Source: Candidatus Multivoradales bacterium (GTDB lineage: Bacteria; Acidobacteriota; Thermoanaerobaculia; Multivoradales; JAHEKO01). Taken from it: a DNA stretch of 64,000 bases. The notes under the pieces were generated by a model. That model searched no databases, was not told where the DNA came from, and worked only from the letters and a program-made list of their open reading frames with translations. Made by a program: the position numbers and the translations under genes. Of this stretch, positions 8,931 to 18,307 are shown in pieces (positions within the stretch are counted from its first letter, which is position 1; the number at the start of each line of letters is the position of its first letter). Location of the stretch: NCBI GenBank assembly GCA_965223855.1, contig CBDCXM010000008.1, forward strand, positions 512,001-576,000. The letters run 5' to 3'.

Positions 8931-9806
8931 TCAGACGATCTTCTTCAGGAGGCCGATGCAGTCACGCAGATACGAGCCGCCGAAGAGATTCAGGTGGTTC
9001 AACAGATGATACAGCTTGTAGATGTCGAGCCGTTCGGCACTGCCGGGCGGAAGCGGCCACTCCTCCTCGTAGGCGCCGTAGAAGTCGGCACCGAAGCCGC
9101 CAAAGAGCCTCGTCATCGCCAGATCGGCCTCGCGATGGCCGTGATAGCAGGCGGGGTCGATCAGCACCGGCCTCCCGGCGTCGTCGCACAGCAGGTTGCC
9201 GCTCCACAGGTCACCATGGAGCAGGCAGGGCACCTCGCCCGGCACCTCGAGCCGTGACTCGAGAACGGCGAGCAGGCGGTCACCGAGCCGGTCGAGCTCG
9301 GGGGTCGAGCGCCCACGCTGGCGCGCCAGCCGGAGCTGGAAGCCGAGGCGGCGGCGGGCGAAGAACTCGGGCCAGCTGTCGAGCCAGCCGTTGGGCTGCG
9401 GGGTCGCGCCGATGAAGTTGTCTCGCTCGAAACCGCATCGCTCGCCGACGGTGCCGCGGTGCAGCCGGGCGAAGCGCCTTCCGAGATCGGCGAAGAAGCC
9501 CGGCGGCCGTGTCGATTCGGAGATCGCCTCGAGCAGGAGGTACTGCTTCCCGCCCACTTTGCCCACGCCGACGACCTCGGGTGTCCGGATCGCCGCCGCC
9601 CGCTCCAGCGCCGCGAGCCCCTCCGACTCGCGCTCGAGCAGCCCCGCCGGCTCAGGATCGTGAAGCTTGAGGAAGACGTCACGGCCGTCGGTGAGGGTGA
9701 GGAGCGTGGCGGAACTGATGCAGCCCCCCGATGCGGCGCGTGCGGACACGACACCGACGCTCGCCCCCAGGGCGTGGGAGACAGCCCGCTCGACGAGGCC
9801 GCTCAT
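8931..9806 (-). CDS. Fructosamine kinase family protein
   Basis: GGCIS, DNFIGATPQPN, LLHGDLWSGN, IDPACYHGHREADLAM, YHLLNHLNLFG; start placed at MSGLVE. Confidence 0.9.
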   Translation of the reverse strand: MSGLVERAVSHALGASVGVVSARAASGGCISSATLLTLTDGRDVFLKLHDPEPAGLLERESEGLAALERAAAIRTPEVVGVGKVGGKQYLLLEAISESTRPPGFFADLGRRFARLHRGTVGERCGFERDNFIGATPQPNGWLDSWPEFFARRRLGFQLRLARQRGRSTPELDRLGDRLLAVLESRLEVPGEVPCLLHGDLWSGNLLCDDAGRPVLIDPACYHGHREADLAMTRLFGGFGADFYGAYEEEWPLPPGSAERLDIYKLYHLLNHLNLFGGSYLRDCIGLLKKIV

Positions 9807-9831
9807 CGGCCGCCACGCCCGGGAATGCGGC

Positions 9832-11334
9832 TCAGGGGACCGTCGACGTCCAGGCCGATGTGTCGCCGCTCTCGAAGCCGTCGTCGAAGATCTCCGGCGG
9901 CAGCGACAGCGACGCCCGCACCGACCCCCAGCCATAGGTGTTGTTGGGAGTCTGCGAATCGGGGATGCCGCCGCAGGTCTGGCCGGTCACCGTGCCGGGG
10001 ACCGCCGTGGACATCAGATGCTGTTCGATCGCGTCCGGATCGCCCGAGAAGGAAGGGTCGGCGGAGATCAGCAGCCCGACGAGCCCTGAAACGTGCGGCG
10101 CCGCCATGCTCGTGCCGCTGGAGAAGCCGTAGCCGCTGGGAGGCACCGAAGAGCGGATCGACACCCCGGGGGCCGAGACGTCCGGCTTGAGGCGCTGGCT
10201 GCCGTCGACGGTCACCGGGCCGCGCGAGGAGAAACTCGCGATCGTGTCGCTCAGGCTCACTGCGCCGACGCTGAAGGTCGCTTCGTAGATCGCCGCCGGA
10301 GTGTTGACGGTGCTGCAGCCCGGCCCGCTGTTGGCGGCCGCCTGCGAGACGACGATCCCGGCGGCTCGCAGGCTCTCCACCACCGATCTGAGGACGTTCG
10401 GATCGGTGCAACCCTCGGAAGGGGGACAGCTCCACGAGCCGTTCACCACGTCGGGAGCGAGGCCCGGATCGGGGTTGTTGCCGGCGAGATCGGTCGGGGC
10501 GAGGAAGAACTGGAAACACTCGCTGTAGGTCGTCGGTGTGCCGTTGCCCCGGTCCATGTTGCGGCAGCCGATCCACCTCGCTCCGGGCGCCACGCCGATC
10601 TTGTTGCTGCCGCCGTCGTCACCGACCATCGTTCCCATCGTGTGCGTGCCGTGGGAACCGTCGTCGCATGGCTGCGTCGAGTCGAATCCGCAAGACCCGC
10701 CGCCCGAGTGGATCGCGTCGTGCCAGTTGTAGTCGTGCACCGCCGCCGAGCCGTCCCAGCCGCGATACTGATCGCGCAACGCCGGGTGGTCCCAGTCGTA
10801 GCCGGTATCGGCACCGGCGATCACCGTCCCCTGACCGGTGAACCCCTGAGCCCAGAAGTCGGTCGCGCCGACGTGCGCGAGACTCGGTTCGGCGCCGAGC
10901 ACAGCCGCCGAGTCAGCCGCAGTCACCTTGGGGGCGACGAACCGCACCGACGGGTTGGCGTGGATCCGCGCGACGTCTCCGCGGCCGGCGAGGCCGACCA
11001 GTGCCTCCTCGCCGCCCCGCACCCAGATCATGTTCGCGATCCAGTACGGCCGGTGCTCGAGGCCACGGGACTCGAGCTCCTCCAGCAACGGCCCCTGCGT
11101 GGCGCGGGCGATCGAGGTGAGGCGCTCGAAGACGAAGCGCCCCTTCTCCGCCTTGGTCCCGAGGGTGCGCGCGGCCGACAGGTCCGCCTGACGCTCGAGA
11201 ACGACGAGGAACTCGGTCTCTCCCGAGAGCGCGACCTGATCGAGGACCCAGGGATCGACTTTCGTCTCCCAGTCGCTGGCGGTCAGGGGAGAGACGGTTG
11301 CGACGACGACGAGAAAGGCACTGAGGACTCGCAT
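9832..11334 (-). CDS. Exported S8 (subtilisin-like) serine peptidase with C-terminal [14 protein letters not shown] tail
   Basis: Signal peptide and propeptide; catalytic triad motifs ADTG, HGTHTMG, SGTSMAAPHV. Confidence 0.92.
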   Translation of the reverse strand: MRVLSAFLVVVATVSPLTASDWETKVDPWVLDQVALSGETEFLVVLERQADLSAARTLGTKAEKGRFVFERLTSIARATQGPLLEELESRGLEHRPYWIANMIWVRGGEEALVGLAGRGDVARIHANPSVRFVAPKVTAADSAAVLGAEPSLAHVGATDFWAQGFTGQGTVIAGADTGYDWDHPALRDQYRGWDGSAAVHDYNWHDAIHSGGGSCGFDSTQPCDDGSHGTHTMGTMVGDDGGSNKIGVAPGARWIGCRNMDRGNGTPTTYSECFQFFLAPTDLAGNNPDPGLAPDVVNGSWSCPPSEGCTDPNVLRSVVESLRAAGIVVSQAAANSGPGCSTVNTPAAIYEATFSVGAVSLSDTIASFSSRGPVTVDGSQRLKPDVSAPGVSIRSSVPPSGYGFSSGTSMAAPHVSGLVGLLISADPSFSGDPDAIEQHLMSTAVPGTVTGQTCGGIPDSQTPNNTYGWGSVRASLSLPPEIFDDGFESGDTSAWTSTVP

Positions 11335-11359
11335 GGCGGGCATTCTAGGCTACGAGCCT

Positions 11360-11821
11360 TCAGGCGACGAGGCGATCGAGCAGTTCGGGGCACCCCTGCT
11401 CGAGAAGGTCGAGGACGTTGTCGAATCCCTCCGGTCCGCCGTAGTAGGGATCGGGCACGTCGGTCGGGTTGCCGGACGGCAGGAAGTCGCTGAAGAGTGC
11501 CAATCGGGCTCGTCCGCCGCGACGCATGGACTCGAGATCGCGCAGGTTGTCGCGGTCCATGGCGACGATGAGGTCGAACGACTCGAAGTCCTCCACGACC
11601 ACCGGGCGCGCCTGCCCGTCGACCTCGACGCCACGGGCGGCGGCGGCCCGGCGCATCCGGGCGTCGGGACCCTCGCCCGAGTGGTAGGCGATGGTGCCGG
11701 CCGAATCTGCCTCGACCGCCTCGCCGACGCCGCGCTCGAACGCCTGTCGAACGAAGACCGCCTCGGCCGCCGGAGAGCGGCAGATGTTGCCCATGCAGAC
11801 GAACAGGACTCGCTTGGTCAT
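11360..11821 (-). CDS. Low molecular weight protein-tyrosine phosphatase
   Basis: VLFVCMGNICRS P-loop, DSAGT, VPDPYYG; start placed at MTKRV. Confidence 0.93.
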   Translation of the reverse strand: MTKRVLFVCMGNICRSPAAEAVFVRQAFERGVGEAVEADSAGTIAYHSGEGPDARMRRAAAARGVEVDGQARPVVVEDFESFDLIVAMDRDNLRDLESMRRGGRARLALFSDFLPSGNPTDVPDPYYGGPEGFDNVLDLLEQGCPELLDRLVA

Positions 11822-11859
11822 CGCCTGACTCACTTCTCGAGTCACTCCGGCTCCTCGAG

Positions 11860-14800
11860 TCACTCCGGCCGCCACTGCGGAATGCGGCCCGGAGTCCAGG
11901 GCGCCCCGGCAAGCTCCATCTCCGCCTCCAGGCTCGAGAGATCGGCCTCGAGTGCGCCCAGCTCACCGAGAGCCTCGGCGAACGCGTCGGAGGCGATCTC
12001 GTACTGCCGGCGATGGGTCCCTGTCGGTGGAGCGGTCGTCGCCCACTGGCCGGTGATACGACCCGCGCGGCTGGCGATCGAAGGCGAGGTCGGCTCGCTG
12101 CGCCGCGCCACGGTTCGGTCTCCCGTGAGCTCGACCCGAAGGTCGGCGAGGCGCTCGGTCAGCGCGTCGAGACGATCGGCCCAGGCCGGATCGCCGTCGG
12201 CGGTGTCGAGCGCGGCGCGGCGCAGATGGCTCAGCCGACCGTCCATCTCGCCGGCCACCGAGACCGCGCCGTCGATCGCCCGGTTCAATTCGGCCGCCTT
12301 GCGATGGAAAGCCAGCGTCTCGGCCGGGTCGCCGGGGTCGAGCGTCGAGCGACCCAGCGCTTCGACGTCGAACTCGACCGGGCCCGCCAACTCGGTCCAC
12401 TCGCCCCGAACCCGCTTCGACAGACTCACCGAGTAGGTGCCGGGCACCACCAGCGGCCCCATCGGATCGCTCGAGAACGCGTGCCTCGGAGGCGGGCTCA
12501 GCTCCACCGCGTCCGGTGGCGGGAAGCGCAGATCCCAGGTCACCCGATGGAGACCGGCCGAAGTCGGTCCCGTGAAGCGACGCACCACGCTGCCGTCGCC
12601 GTCCCGCACCGTCAGCACGATCGCGGGCTCCTGCTCACGGTCTTCGCGGCGCAGCGCCTCCCAGCTCGGGTAGCGCACCGACTCGCCGGCCTCCTCTACC
12701 TCCTCCTCGGCCTTCTGGCGATCCTCCTCGAGGGTCGTGAGCCCCTCATCGAGGTAGTAGCTCACCGTGGCGCCGATCGGCGGATTCGGGGTGGTGTAGA
12801 ACGCGTCCCCCTGGAACGCCTTATCGTTGTAGCCGAGTTCGAAGCTCTGGACGAAGAGCTTGCTCGTGCGCGGCGCAAAGAGTAGCGACTCGGCAGCGAG
12901 AGTCTCCTCGGTCAGGCCGCGCAGCGGTGAGTAGTCGTCGAGCACCCAGAAACCGCGGCCGAAGGTGCCGAGCACGAGATCGTTCTCGCGGCGCTGGAGG
13001 TCGAGATCGCGGACCGCAATCGTCGGCACGCCGCCTGTGAGCTGCACCCAGGAGCTCCCCTCGTCGGGCGTGAAGAAGACGCCGAACTCGGTGCCGGCGA
13101 AGAGGAGCGACGCCTGCTCGTGGTCCTGATCGACCACGTAGACGCTGCCTCGCTCGGGCAGGTCGGAGCCGATGGACGTCCACGTCCGGCCGCGGTCGTC
13201 GCTCTTGTAGAGGTAGGGCCGGAAGTCGCCGTCCTTGTGGGCGTCGAACGCCGCATAGACGGTGTCGGCATCGTGGAGCGACGCCGTTAGGTCCGCGACA
13301 TAGGTCCAGTCGGGCACACCGCGAACGCCGTCGACGGTGCGCCAGGTCGCGCCGCCGTCCTCGGTGACCTGAATCAACCCGTCGTCGGTCCCGACGTAGA
13401 TCAGCCCCTCGACCAGCGGCGACTCGTCGATCGAGACGATGTTGCCGAAGTAGGACGTCGAACGGTTCTTCGCAACGGTATCGATCGACCACACCTTCCC
13501 CATCACCTCGAGCTCGTTGCGATCGACCTGACGGGTGAGATCCTCGGAGATCGGCGTCCAGTTCTCGCCTCGATCGTCGCTCCGGTAGAGCCGCTGCGAG
13601 GCGAAGTAGAGCCGCTCGTTCGAATGCGGACTGATGAGGAGCGCCGAATCCCAGTTCCAGCGCGAAGGATCCTCCCCCGGCTCGGGCTGCGGCTGGATGT
13701 CGATCAGCTCACGGGTCCGCCGGTCGTAGCGCACCAGGCCGCCGTGCTGCCACTGCGCGTAGACGAGATCGGGGTTCTCCGGATCGACCTGCGGCTCGAA
13801 GCCGTCGCCGCCCACGACGACGAACCAGTCGCGGTTCATGATGCCGTGGGTCGACGTGGTGCGGCTCGGGCCGCCGAGGGTCGAGTTGTCCTGAGTGCCG
13901 CCGTAGACGTTGTAGAACGGCGTGTCGTTGTCGACCGTCAGTTTGTAGAACTGCGTGATCGGCAGATTGGCCTTGAAGCTCCAGGTAGCACCGCGGTCGA
14001 AGCTCTCGTAGACGCCGCCGTCACAGCCGGCAACGAGATGATCCGCATCCTCGGGATCGATCCACAGGGCGTGGTTGTCGACGTGCTTGGCGGTCTCGGG
14101 CACCTGGGAGAAGGAGGCGCCACCATCCTCGGTGACGTGCAGCCAGGTGTCGTTCGAGTAGACCCGATCGACGTCGTGAGGGTCTGGAATGATCTCGTTG
14201 TAGTACTGCGGCGAACCGGAGACGTAGTCGCTGCGCCGCTCCCACCTCGCCCCGGCGTTGGTGGTGCGGTAGAAGCCGCCGGCGTCGCCGATCGACTCGA
14301 TGATCGCGTAGACCACCCTGGAGTCGACCGGCGAGACGGCGAGACCGATCTTGCCCATGTCTTCGGTCGGCAATCCGGCAGTCAGCTTGTTCCACGACTC
14401 GCCGGCGTCGGTCGACTTGTAGATCGCCGACTCCGGACCGCCATCGATGAGGGTCCAGGTGCGGCGACGCCGCTGGTAGGAGGAGGCATAGAGCACGTCC
14501 GGGTCCGACGGGTCCATCCAGACCTCGTTGACGCCGGTGTGCTCGCTGATCTCGAGCACGTTCTCCCAGGTCTCTCCACGATCGGTCGTCTTGTAGAGGC
14601 CGCGGTCCCCTCCAGCGCGCCACAGCGGCCCCTGCGCGGCGACGTAGACAACCCTCGAGTCGCGAGGATCGACGACGATACGACCGATGTGCTCCGATTC
14701 GCCGAGCCCCACATTGGTCCACGTCGAGCCGCCGTCCCGCGAAAGGTAGACGCCGTCACCGTAGGAGACGCTGCGCTGGGAGTTGTTCTCGCCGCTGCCG

Positions 14801-15138
14801 ACCCAGATCGTGTCGGGATCGTTGGGATCGAGAGTGATGCAGCCGACCGAGTACGACGCCTCGTTGTCGAAGATCGGCGTCCAGGTCGTGCCTGCATTCA
14901 CGGTCTTCCACACGCCGCCGGAGGCGATCGCCGCGTACCAGACGTTGTGATTGCGGGGATCGACCGCCAGGTCGCTCACCCGCCCCGATGCGATCGCCGG
15001 GCCGAGCTCGCGGAAGGCGAGGCCGGAAAGCGTGCCGCTCGTCAGCTTCGGATCGTCCTCCGCGGCGGCGAGCGGCAGGACTGCAAGGATCGAAAGCGCG
15101 AGCCATCGCGCGGGCGTCACCAAAGTTCTGGTCACCAT
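11860..15138 (-). CDS. Exported VPS10/BNR (Asp-box) repeat beta-propeller protein, glycosyl hydrolase-like
   Basis: Signal peptide, FRELGPAIASGRV, many S/T-x-D-x-G-x-T/S-W Asp boxes, GGTQDN, GGDGF, helical C-terminus. Confidence 0.85.
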   Translation of the reverse strand: MVTRTLVTPARWLALSILAVLPLAAAEDDPKLTSGTLSGLAFRELGPAIASGRVSDLAVDPRNHNVWYAAIASGGVWKTVNAGTTWTPIFDNEASYSVGCITLDPNDPDTIWVGSGENNSQRSVSYGDGVYLSRDGGSTWTNVGLGESEHIGRIVVDPRDSRVVYVAAQGPLWRAGGDRGLYKTTDRGETWENVLEISEHTGVNEVWMDPSDPDVLYASSYQRRRRTWTLIDGGPESAIYKSTDAGESWNKLTAGLPTEDMGKIGLAVSPVDSRVVYAIIESIGDAGGFYRTTNAGARWERRSDYVSGSPQYYNEIIPDPHDVDRVYSNDTWLHVTEDGGASFSQVPETAKHVDNHALWIDPEDADHLVAGCDGGVYESFDRGATWSFKANLPITQFYKLTVDNDTPFYNVYGGTQDNSTLGGPSRTTSTHGIMNRDWFVVVGGDGFEPQVDPENPDLVYAQWQHGGLVRYDRRTRELIDIQPQPEPGEDPSRWNWDSALLISPHSNERLYFASQRLYRSDDRGENWTPISEDLTRQVDRNELEVMGKVWSIDTVAKNRSTSYFGNIVSIDESPLVEGLIYVGTDDGLIQVTEDGGATWRTVDGVRGVPDWTYVADLTASLHDADTVYAAFDAHKDGDFRPYLYKSDDRGRTWTSIGSDLPERGSVYVVDQDHEQASLLFAGTEFGVFFTPDEGSSWVQLTGGVPTIAVRDLDLQRRENDLVLGTFGRGFWVLDDYSPLRGLTEETLAAESLLFAPRTSKLFVQSFELGYNDKAFQGDAFYTTPNPPIGATVSYYLDEGLTTLEEDRQKAEEEVEEAGESVRYPSWEALRREDREQEPAIVLTVRDGDGSVVRRFTGPTSAGLHRVTWDLRFPPPDAVELSPPPRHAFSSDPMGPLVVPGTYSVSLSKRVRGEWTELAGPVEFDVEALGRSTLDPGDPAETLAFHRKAAELNRAIDGAVSVAGEMDGRLSHLRRAALDTADGDPAWADRLDALTERLADLRVELTGDRTVARRSEPTSPSIASRAGRITGQWATTAPPTGTHRRQYEIASDAFAEALGELGALEADLSSLEAEMELAGAPWTPGRIPQWRPE

Positions 15139-15245
15139 GTCGGGCCTCCTGGAGTTCCGTCCTGCGGAACCGCCACTCTACCTGCCGTCGTGGCCTCGCT
15201 CCACTGCCATGGGCCTGCCACACGGTGATAGCTACAATGCGCCAC

Positions 15246-16664
15246 GTGTCGAGACGAATGACGAAGATCATCGCCACCCTCGGGCCGGCGAGCGAAGACC
15301 GGGAGACCATCGAAGCGCTGATCGCGGCCGGCATGGACGTCGCGCGACTCAACTTCTCCCACGGTGATCACGACTGGCATCGCAGGACCGCCCGCAGAGT
15401 GCGCGAGGCGGCCGACGCGGCGGGCCGCCCGGTAGCTCTGCTGCAGGACATCCAGGGGCCGAAGATCCGCGTCGGCACCTTCGCAGGCGGCAAGGTGAAG
15501 CTCGAAGCCGGCTCCCAGGTCGTGCTGCGACCGGGCTCCGGAGAGGCCGGCGAGGGCGAAGTCCTCGTCGACTACGATGCGCTGCTTGATGACCTCGCTC
15601 CCGGGCAACAGGTCCTGATCTCGGACGGTCGCGTGCGGTTGCGCATCGACGAAGTCGCACCGAGCGGGCTGACGGCCGTCGTGCTCGAGGGCGGTGTCGT
15701 CAAGGACCGCAAGGGCGCCGCCTTCCCCGGCGCGGCTTTGAGGGTGGAGGCGGTGACCGACAAGGACCGCGAGGACCTCGCGTTCGGCCGTGAGCTCGAC
15801 GTCGACTATGTGGCCGCTTCGTTCGTCCGCTCGGCCCGGGACATTCGCAAGGTGGCCGCCCTGGCCGGCGAGGAGGTCCCGATCATCGCCAAAGTCGAAC
15901 TCGCCGCCGCCTACGAGAACCTGAGGGACGTCCTCCAGGCCTCCCACGGGGCGATGGTGGCGCGCGGCGACCTCGGGGTGGAGATGGAGCTCGAACGGCT
16001 CCCTCGGGTGCAGGAAGAGATCCTGACCAGCACCAACCGCTGCGGGGATATTTCGATCACGGCGACCGAGATGCTCGAGTCGATGACCACCGAATGGCGG
16101 CCAACCCGTGCGGAGGTGACGGACGTGGCCAGTGCAGTGCTGGCCGGCACTGATGCCGTGATGCTCTCGGGCGAGACGGCGGTCGGTCGCCACCCGGCGC
16201 GGGTCGTCCAGACGATGGATCGCATCTGTCGAGAAGTCGAGAGCGGCCCGCGACACCGGCAGGCGCGCAAGGCCGGCTTCCTGGAAGACGAGGCGCTGGT
16301 CCCGTCCGCCACCTCGCGGGCGGCGGTCGAGGCGGCGGTCGATCTCGATCTCGAGACCATCATCGCCTTCACCGAGTCGGGCTCGACGGCGCGGCTACTG
16401 TCGAAGTACAGGCCGGGCGCGAGAGTCGTCGCCTTCACCCCGGAGCCGAGCACCTACCGCCGCATGGCCCTCTACTGGGGGGTCGAAGCGCGACTGTTCG
16501 AGCGCTTCGACTCGACCGACGACATGCTGCAGATGGCGGAGCGCCAGCTCGTGGCCGAAGGAGTCTGCTCGCCGGGGGAGACGGTCGTCATGGTGGCGGG
16601 CATCCCGCCAAACCAGAAGGCGTCGACCAACTTCATGAAGCTGCACGAGATCGCCTCCGACTGA
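15246..16664 (+). CDS. pyk: Pyruvate kinase
   Basis: TKIIATLGPAS, ARLNFSHG, DIQGPKIR, IIAKVE, MVARGDLGVE, DAVMLSGETA; GTG start at 15246 lies 7 nt after TACAAT. Confidence 0.95.
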   Translation: MSRRMTKIIATLGPASEDRETIEALIAAGMDVARLNFSHGDHDWHRRTARRVREAADAAGRPVALLQDIQGPKIRVGTFAGGKVKLEAGSQVVLRPGSGEAGEGEVLVDYDALLDDLAPGQQVLISDGRVRLRIDEVAPSGLTAVVLEGGVVKDRKGAAFPGAALRVEAVTDKDREDLAFGRELDVDYVAASFVRSARDIRKVAALAGEEVPIIAKVELAAAYENLRDVLQASHGAMVARGDLGVEMELERLPRVQEEILTSTNRCGDISITATEMLESMTTEWRPTRAEVTDVASAVLAGTDAVMLSGETAVGRHPARVVQTMDRICREVESGPRHRQARKAGFLEDEALVPSATSRAAVEAAVDLDLETIIAFTESGSTARLLSKYRPGARVVAFTPEPSTYRRMALYWGVEARLFERFDSTDDMLQMAERQLVAEGVCSPGETVVMVAGIPPNQKASTNFMKLHEIASD

Positions 16665-16700
16665 AGCCAGGTCGGCGATACCCTCCTCTACACGGGCAGC

Positions 16701-17501
16701 TCAGGCGCGCGGGAACGACAGCCGCGAAGTCGCTTCGAAGCCGGCGGCCTCACCGCGCCACTCGATCGTCTCCAGGCGCAGCTCGTCGTCGTCGACCTCG
16801 ATCCAGAAGCCGGTGTTGCGACGATGCTCACAGCCTCGCCCCCGGCTCGAGGTCGTCGTGCCGGAGTGGGCAAGGATCATTCGCGGGCCGACGCCGGGAT
16901 AGTAGGCCTCGGCCCGCGTCGCGTAGGCCTGATGAAGATGACCGGAGAGCACCAGCTCCACCCCGGCGGCGGCGAGCGATCTGGCAAGGAGGCCGGCGTT
17001 GGCCAGCACTTTCTGTGTGCCGAAGCGCTGAGCCGGCGCCAGCTCGTGGTGAACGACGCAGACCTTGATCCGCCCGGCCGGCGCCGCCTCGAACTGCTGC
17101 ACTGCGCGGCGTATCCGCTCACCGCCGACCCGACCGTCCTTGATGGTCCAGTTCCATGCGCTGTTGAGTCCGACGACGAACAGCTCGCCGTCGTCGAGGC
17201 TCGGCTCGAGCTCGGGTGAGAAGTGCTTGCGGTAGGCACCGAACGGGGCGAGAGCACGCTCCCAGACCCGGTACATCGGCACGTCGTGATTGCCCGGTAC
17301 CGCGAGCGTCGGCACCGGCATCGAGTCGATCCACGCACGCGCCTCGCGGAACTGCACCGGCTTCGCGCGCTGGGTGAGGTCGCCGGCCACGACGAGGAGA
17401 TCAGGTCCCCTCTCGGCCGCCAAGCCGACGAGCGCGGAAGAGACTTCGGGTCTGTGAGGAGGCCCGAAATGCACGTCCGAGACGTGAAGGATCTTCCTCA
17501 A
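16701..17501 (-). CDS. Calcineurin-like metallophosphoesterase (CpdA/Icc-like)
   Basis: HVSDVHFG, GDLTQ, PGNHD, VHH, SGHLH. Confidence 0.9.
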   Translation of the reverse strand: MRKILHVSDVHFGPPHRPEVSSALVGLAAERGPDLLVVAGDLTQRAKPVQFREARAWIDSMPVPTLAVPGNHDVPMYRVWERALAPFGAYRKHFSPELEPSLDDGELFVVGLNSAWNWTIKDGRVGGERIRRAVQQFEAAPAGRIKVCVVHHELAPAQRFGTQKVLANAGLLARSLAAAGVELVLSGHLHQAYATRAEAYYPGVGPRMILAHSGTTTSSRGRGCEHRRNTGFWIEVDDDELRLETIEWRGEAAGFEATSRLSFPRA

Positions 17502-17556
17502 GGGAGCCGCCTGAGCTGGTCCGAAGCGCTCGCGCTCGCGTCGGGCTCGTCTCGCC

Positions 17557-17781
17557 TCAGCGCGAGGAACCGAGCAACGAATCGACGTTGTCCGACAGCG
17601 CCTCGGCGGCCCGGTCGCCGGCCGAACTCAGGAGCTCGGCGCCGCGGTCCCGACCGAGCAGATAGCCCGCGAAAGCCGCCAGAGCAAGCGATGGAATCGG
17701 ATACCGCCGCACCCAATCGCGCCAGTCGAGGCCCTCGGGAGCGAGCTCATCGACCAGCGTGTCGGCCGCCCAATCGCCCAC
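17557..17781 (-). CDS. Small hypothetical membrane protein
   Basis: GTG start after GAGGGGGAG; WVRRYP followed by a hydrophobic helix, similar to the DUF883 C-terminal pattern; co-oriented with neighbours. Confidence 0.6.
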   Translation of the reverse strand: MGDWAADTLVDELAPEGLDWRDWVRRYPIPSLALAAFAGYLLGRDRGAELLSSAGDRAAEALSDNVDSLLGSSR

Positions 17782-17797
17782 GTCGTGCCCGCTCCCC

Positions 17798-18139
17798 TCA
17801 GCGACGGCCGCGCAGCAGGACGCCGACGAAGAAGCCGATCCCGGCTGCGATCAGCACCGACTTGCCCGGGTTGTCGCGCACGTACTCGTTGACGTCCTCG
17901 ACCAGCTTCTCTGTGTCCTTGTGGACACGGTCGTAGCCGTGCTTCAGGTTGTCGACGGCAACGCCGTACTTCTCCTTGGCGAACTCTCCGGCACGCTCCG
18001 CCGATTCGCGCACCTGGGCGCCGCCCTGGCGTGCCTTCTCCGCAACCTCACCGAACTTCTCGCGTGCCTGCTCGAGCTTCGCCTTGCCGGCGCTGACGGC
18101 CTCGGCGACCTCTTCCTTGACTTCTGCCTTCTTTGCCAT
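17798..18139 (-). CDS. DUF883/ElaB/YqjD family tail-anchored protein
   Basis: Helical repeats ending YVRDNPGKSVLIAAGIGFFVGVLLRGRR; RBS GGAGG. Confidence 0.85.
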   Translation of the reverse strand: MAKKAEVKEEVAEAVSAGKAKLEQAREKFGEVAEKARQGGAQVRESAERAGEFAKEKYGVAVDNLKHGYDRVHKDTEKLVEDVNEYVRDNPGKSVLIAAGIGFFVGVLLRGRR

Positions 18140-18223
18140 GATTCCTCCAACTCGGCCCTCATCCGGGACCGGTAATCAATGTACAACATCCCCTGAAAGC
18201 ACGCTACAATCTCCGCTCTCCGT

Positions 18224-18299
18224 GGGGCAGTAGCTCAGCTGGGAGAGCACCACGTTCGCAACGTGGGGGTCGGGGGTTCAAGTCCCCTCTGCTCCACCA
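18224..18299 (+). tRNA. tRNA-Ala, anticodon CGC
   Basis: 76 nt; acceptor stem GGGGCAG/CTGCTCC with G3:U70, D arm AGCTCAGCTGGGAGAGC, anticodon arm CCACG-TTCGCAA-CGTGG (CGC at 18257-18259), GGTTCAAGTCC, encoded CCA; TACAAT upstream. Confidence 0.97.
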
Positions 18300-18307
18300 T
18301 TCTCGTT

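Noticed and set aside
11836-11869. Direct repeat CTCGAGTCACTCCGGC x2 at the end of the VPS10 gene
   Set aside because: Only two copies with a 2-bp gap; a local micro-duplication, not a CRISPR or att site
18224-18299. tRNA as an island integration site
   Set aside because: No integrase, and I found no duplicated tRNA 3' end in the window
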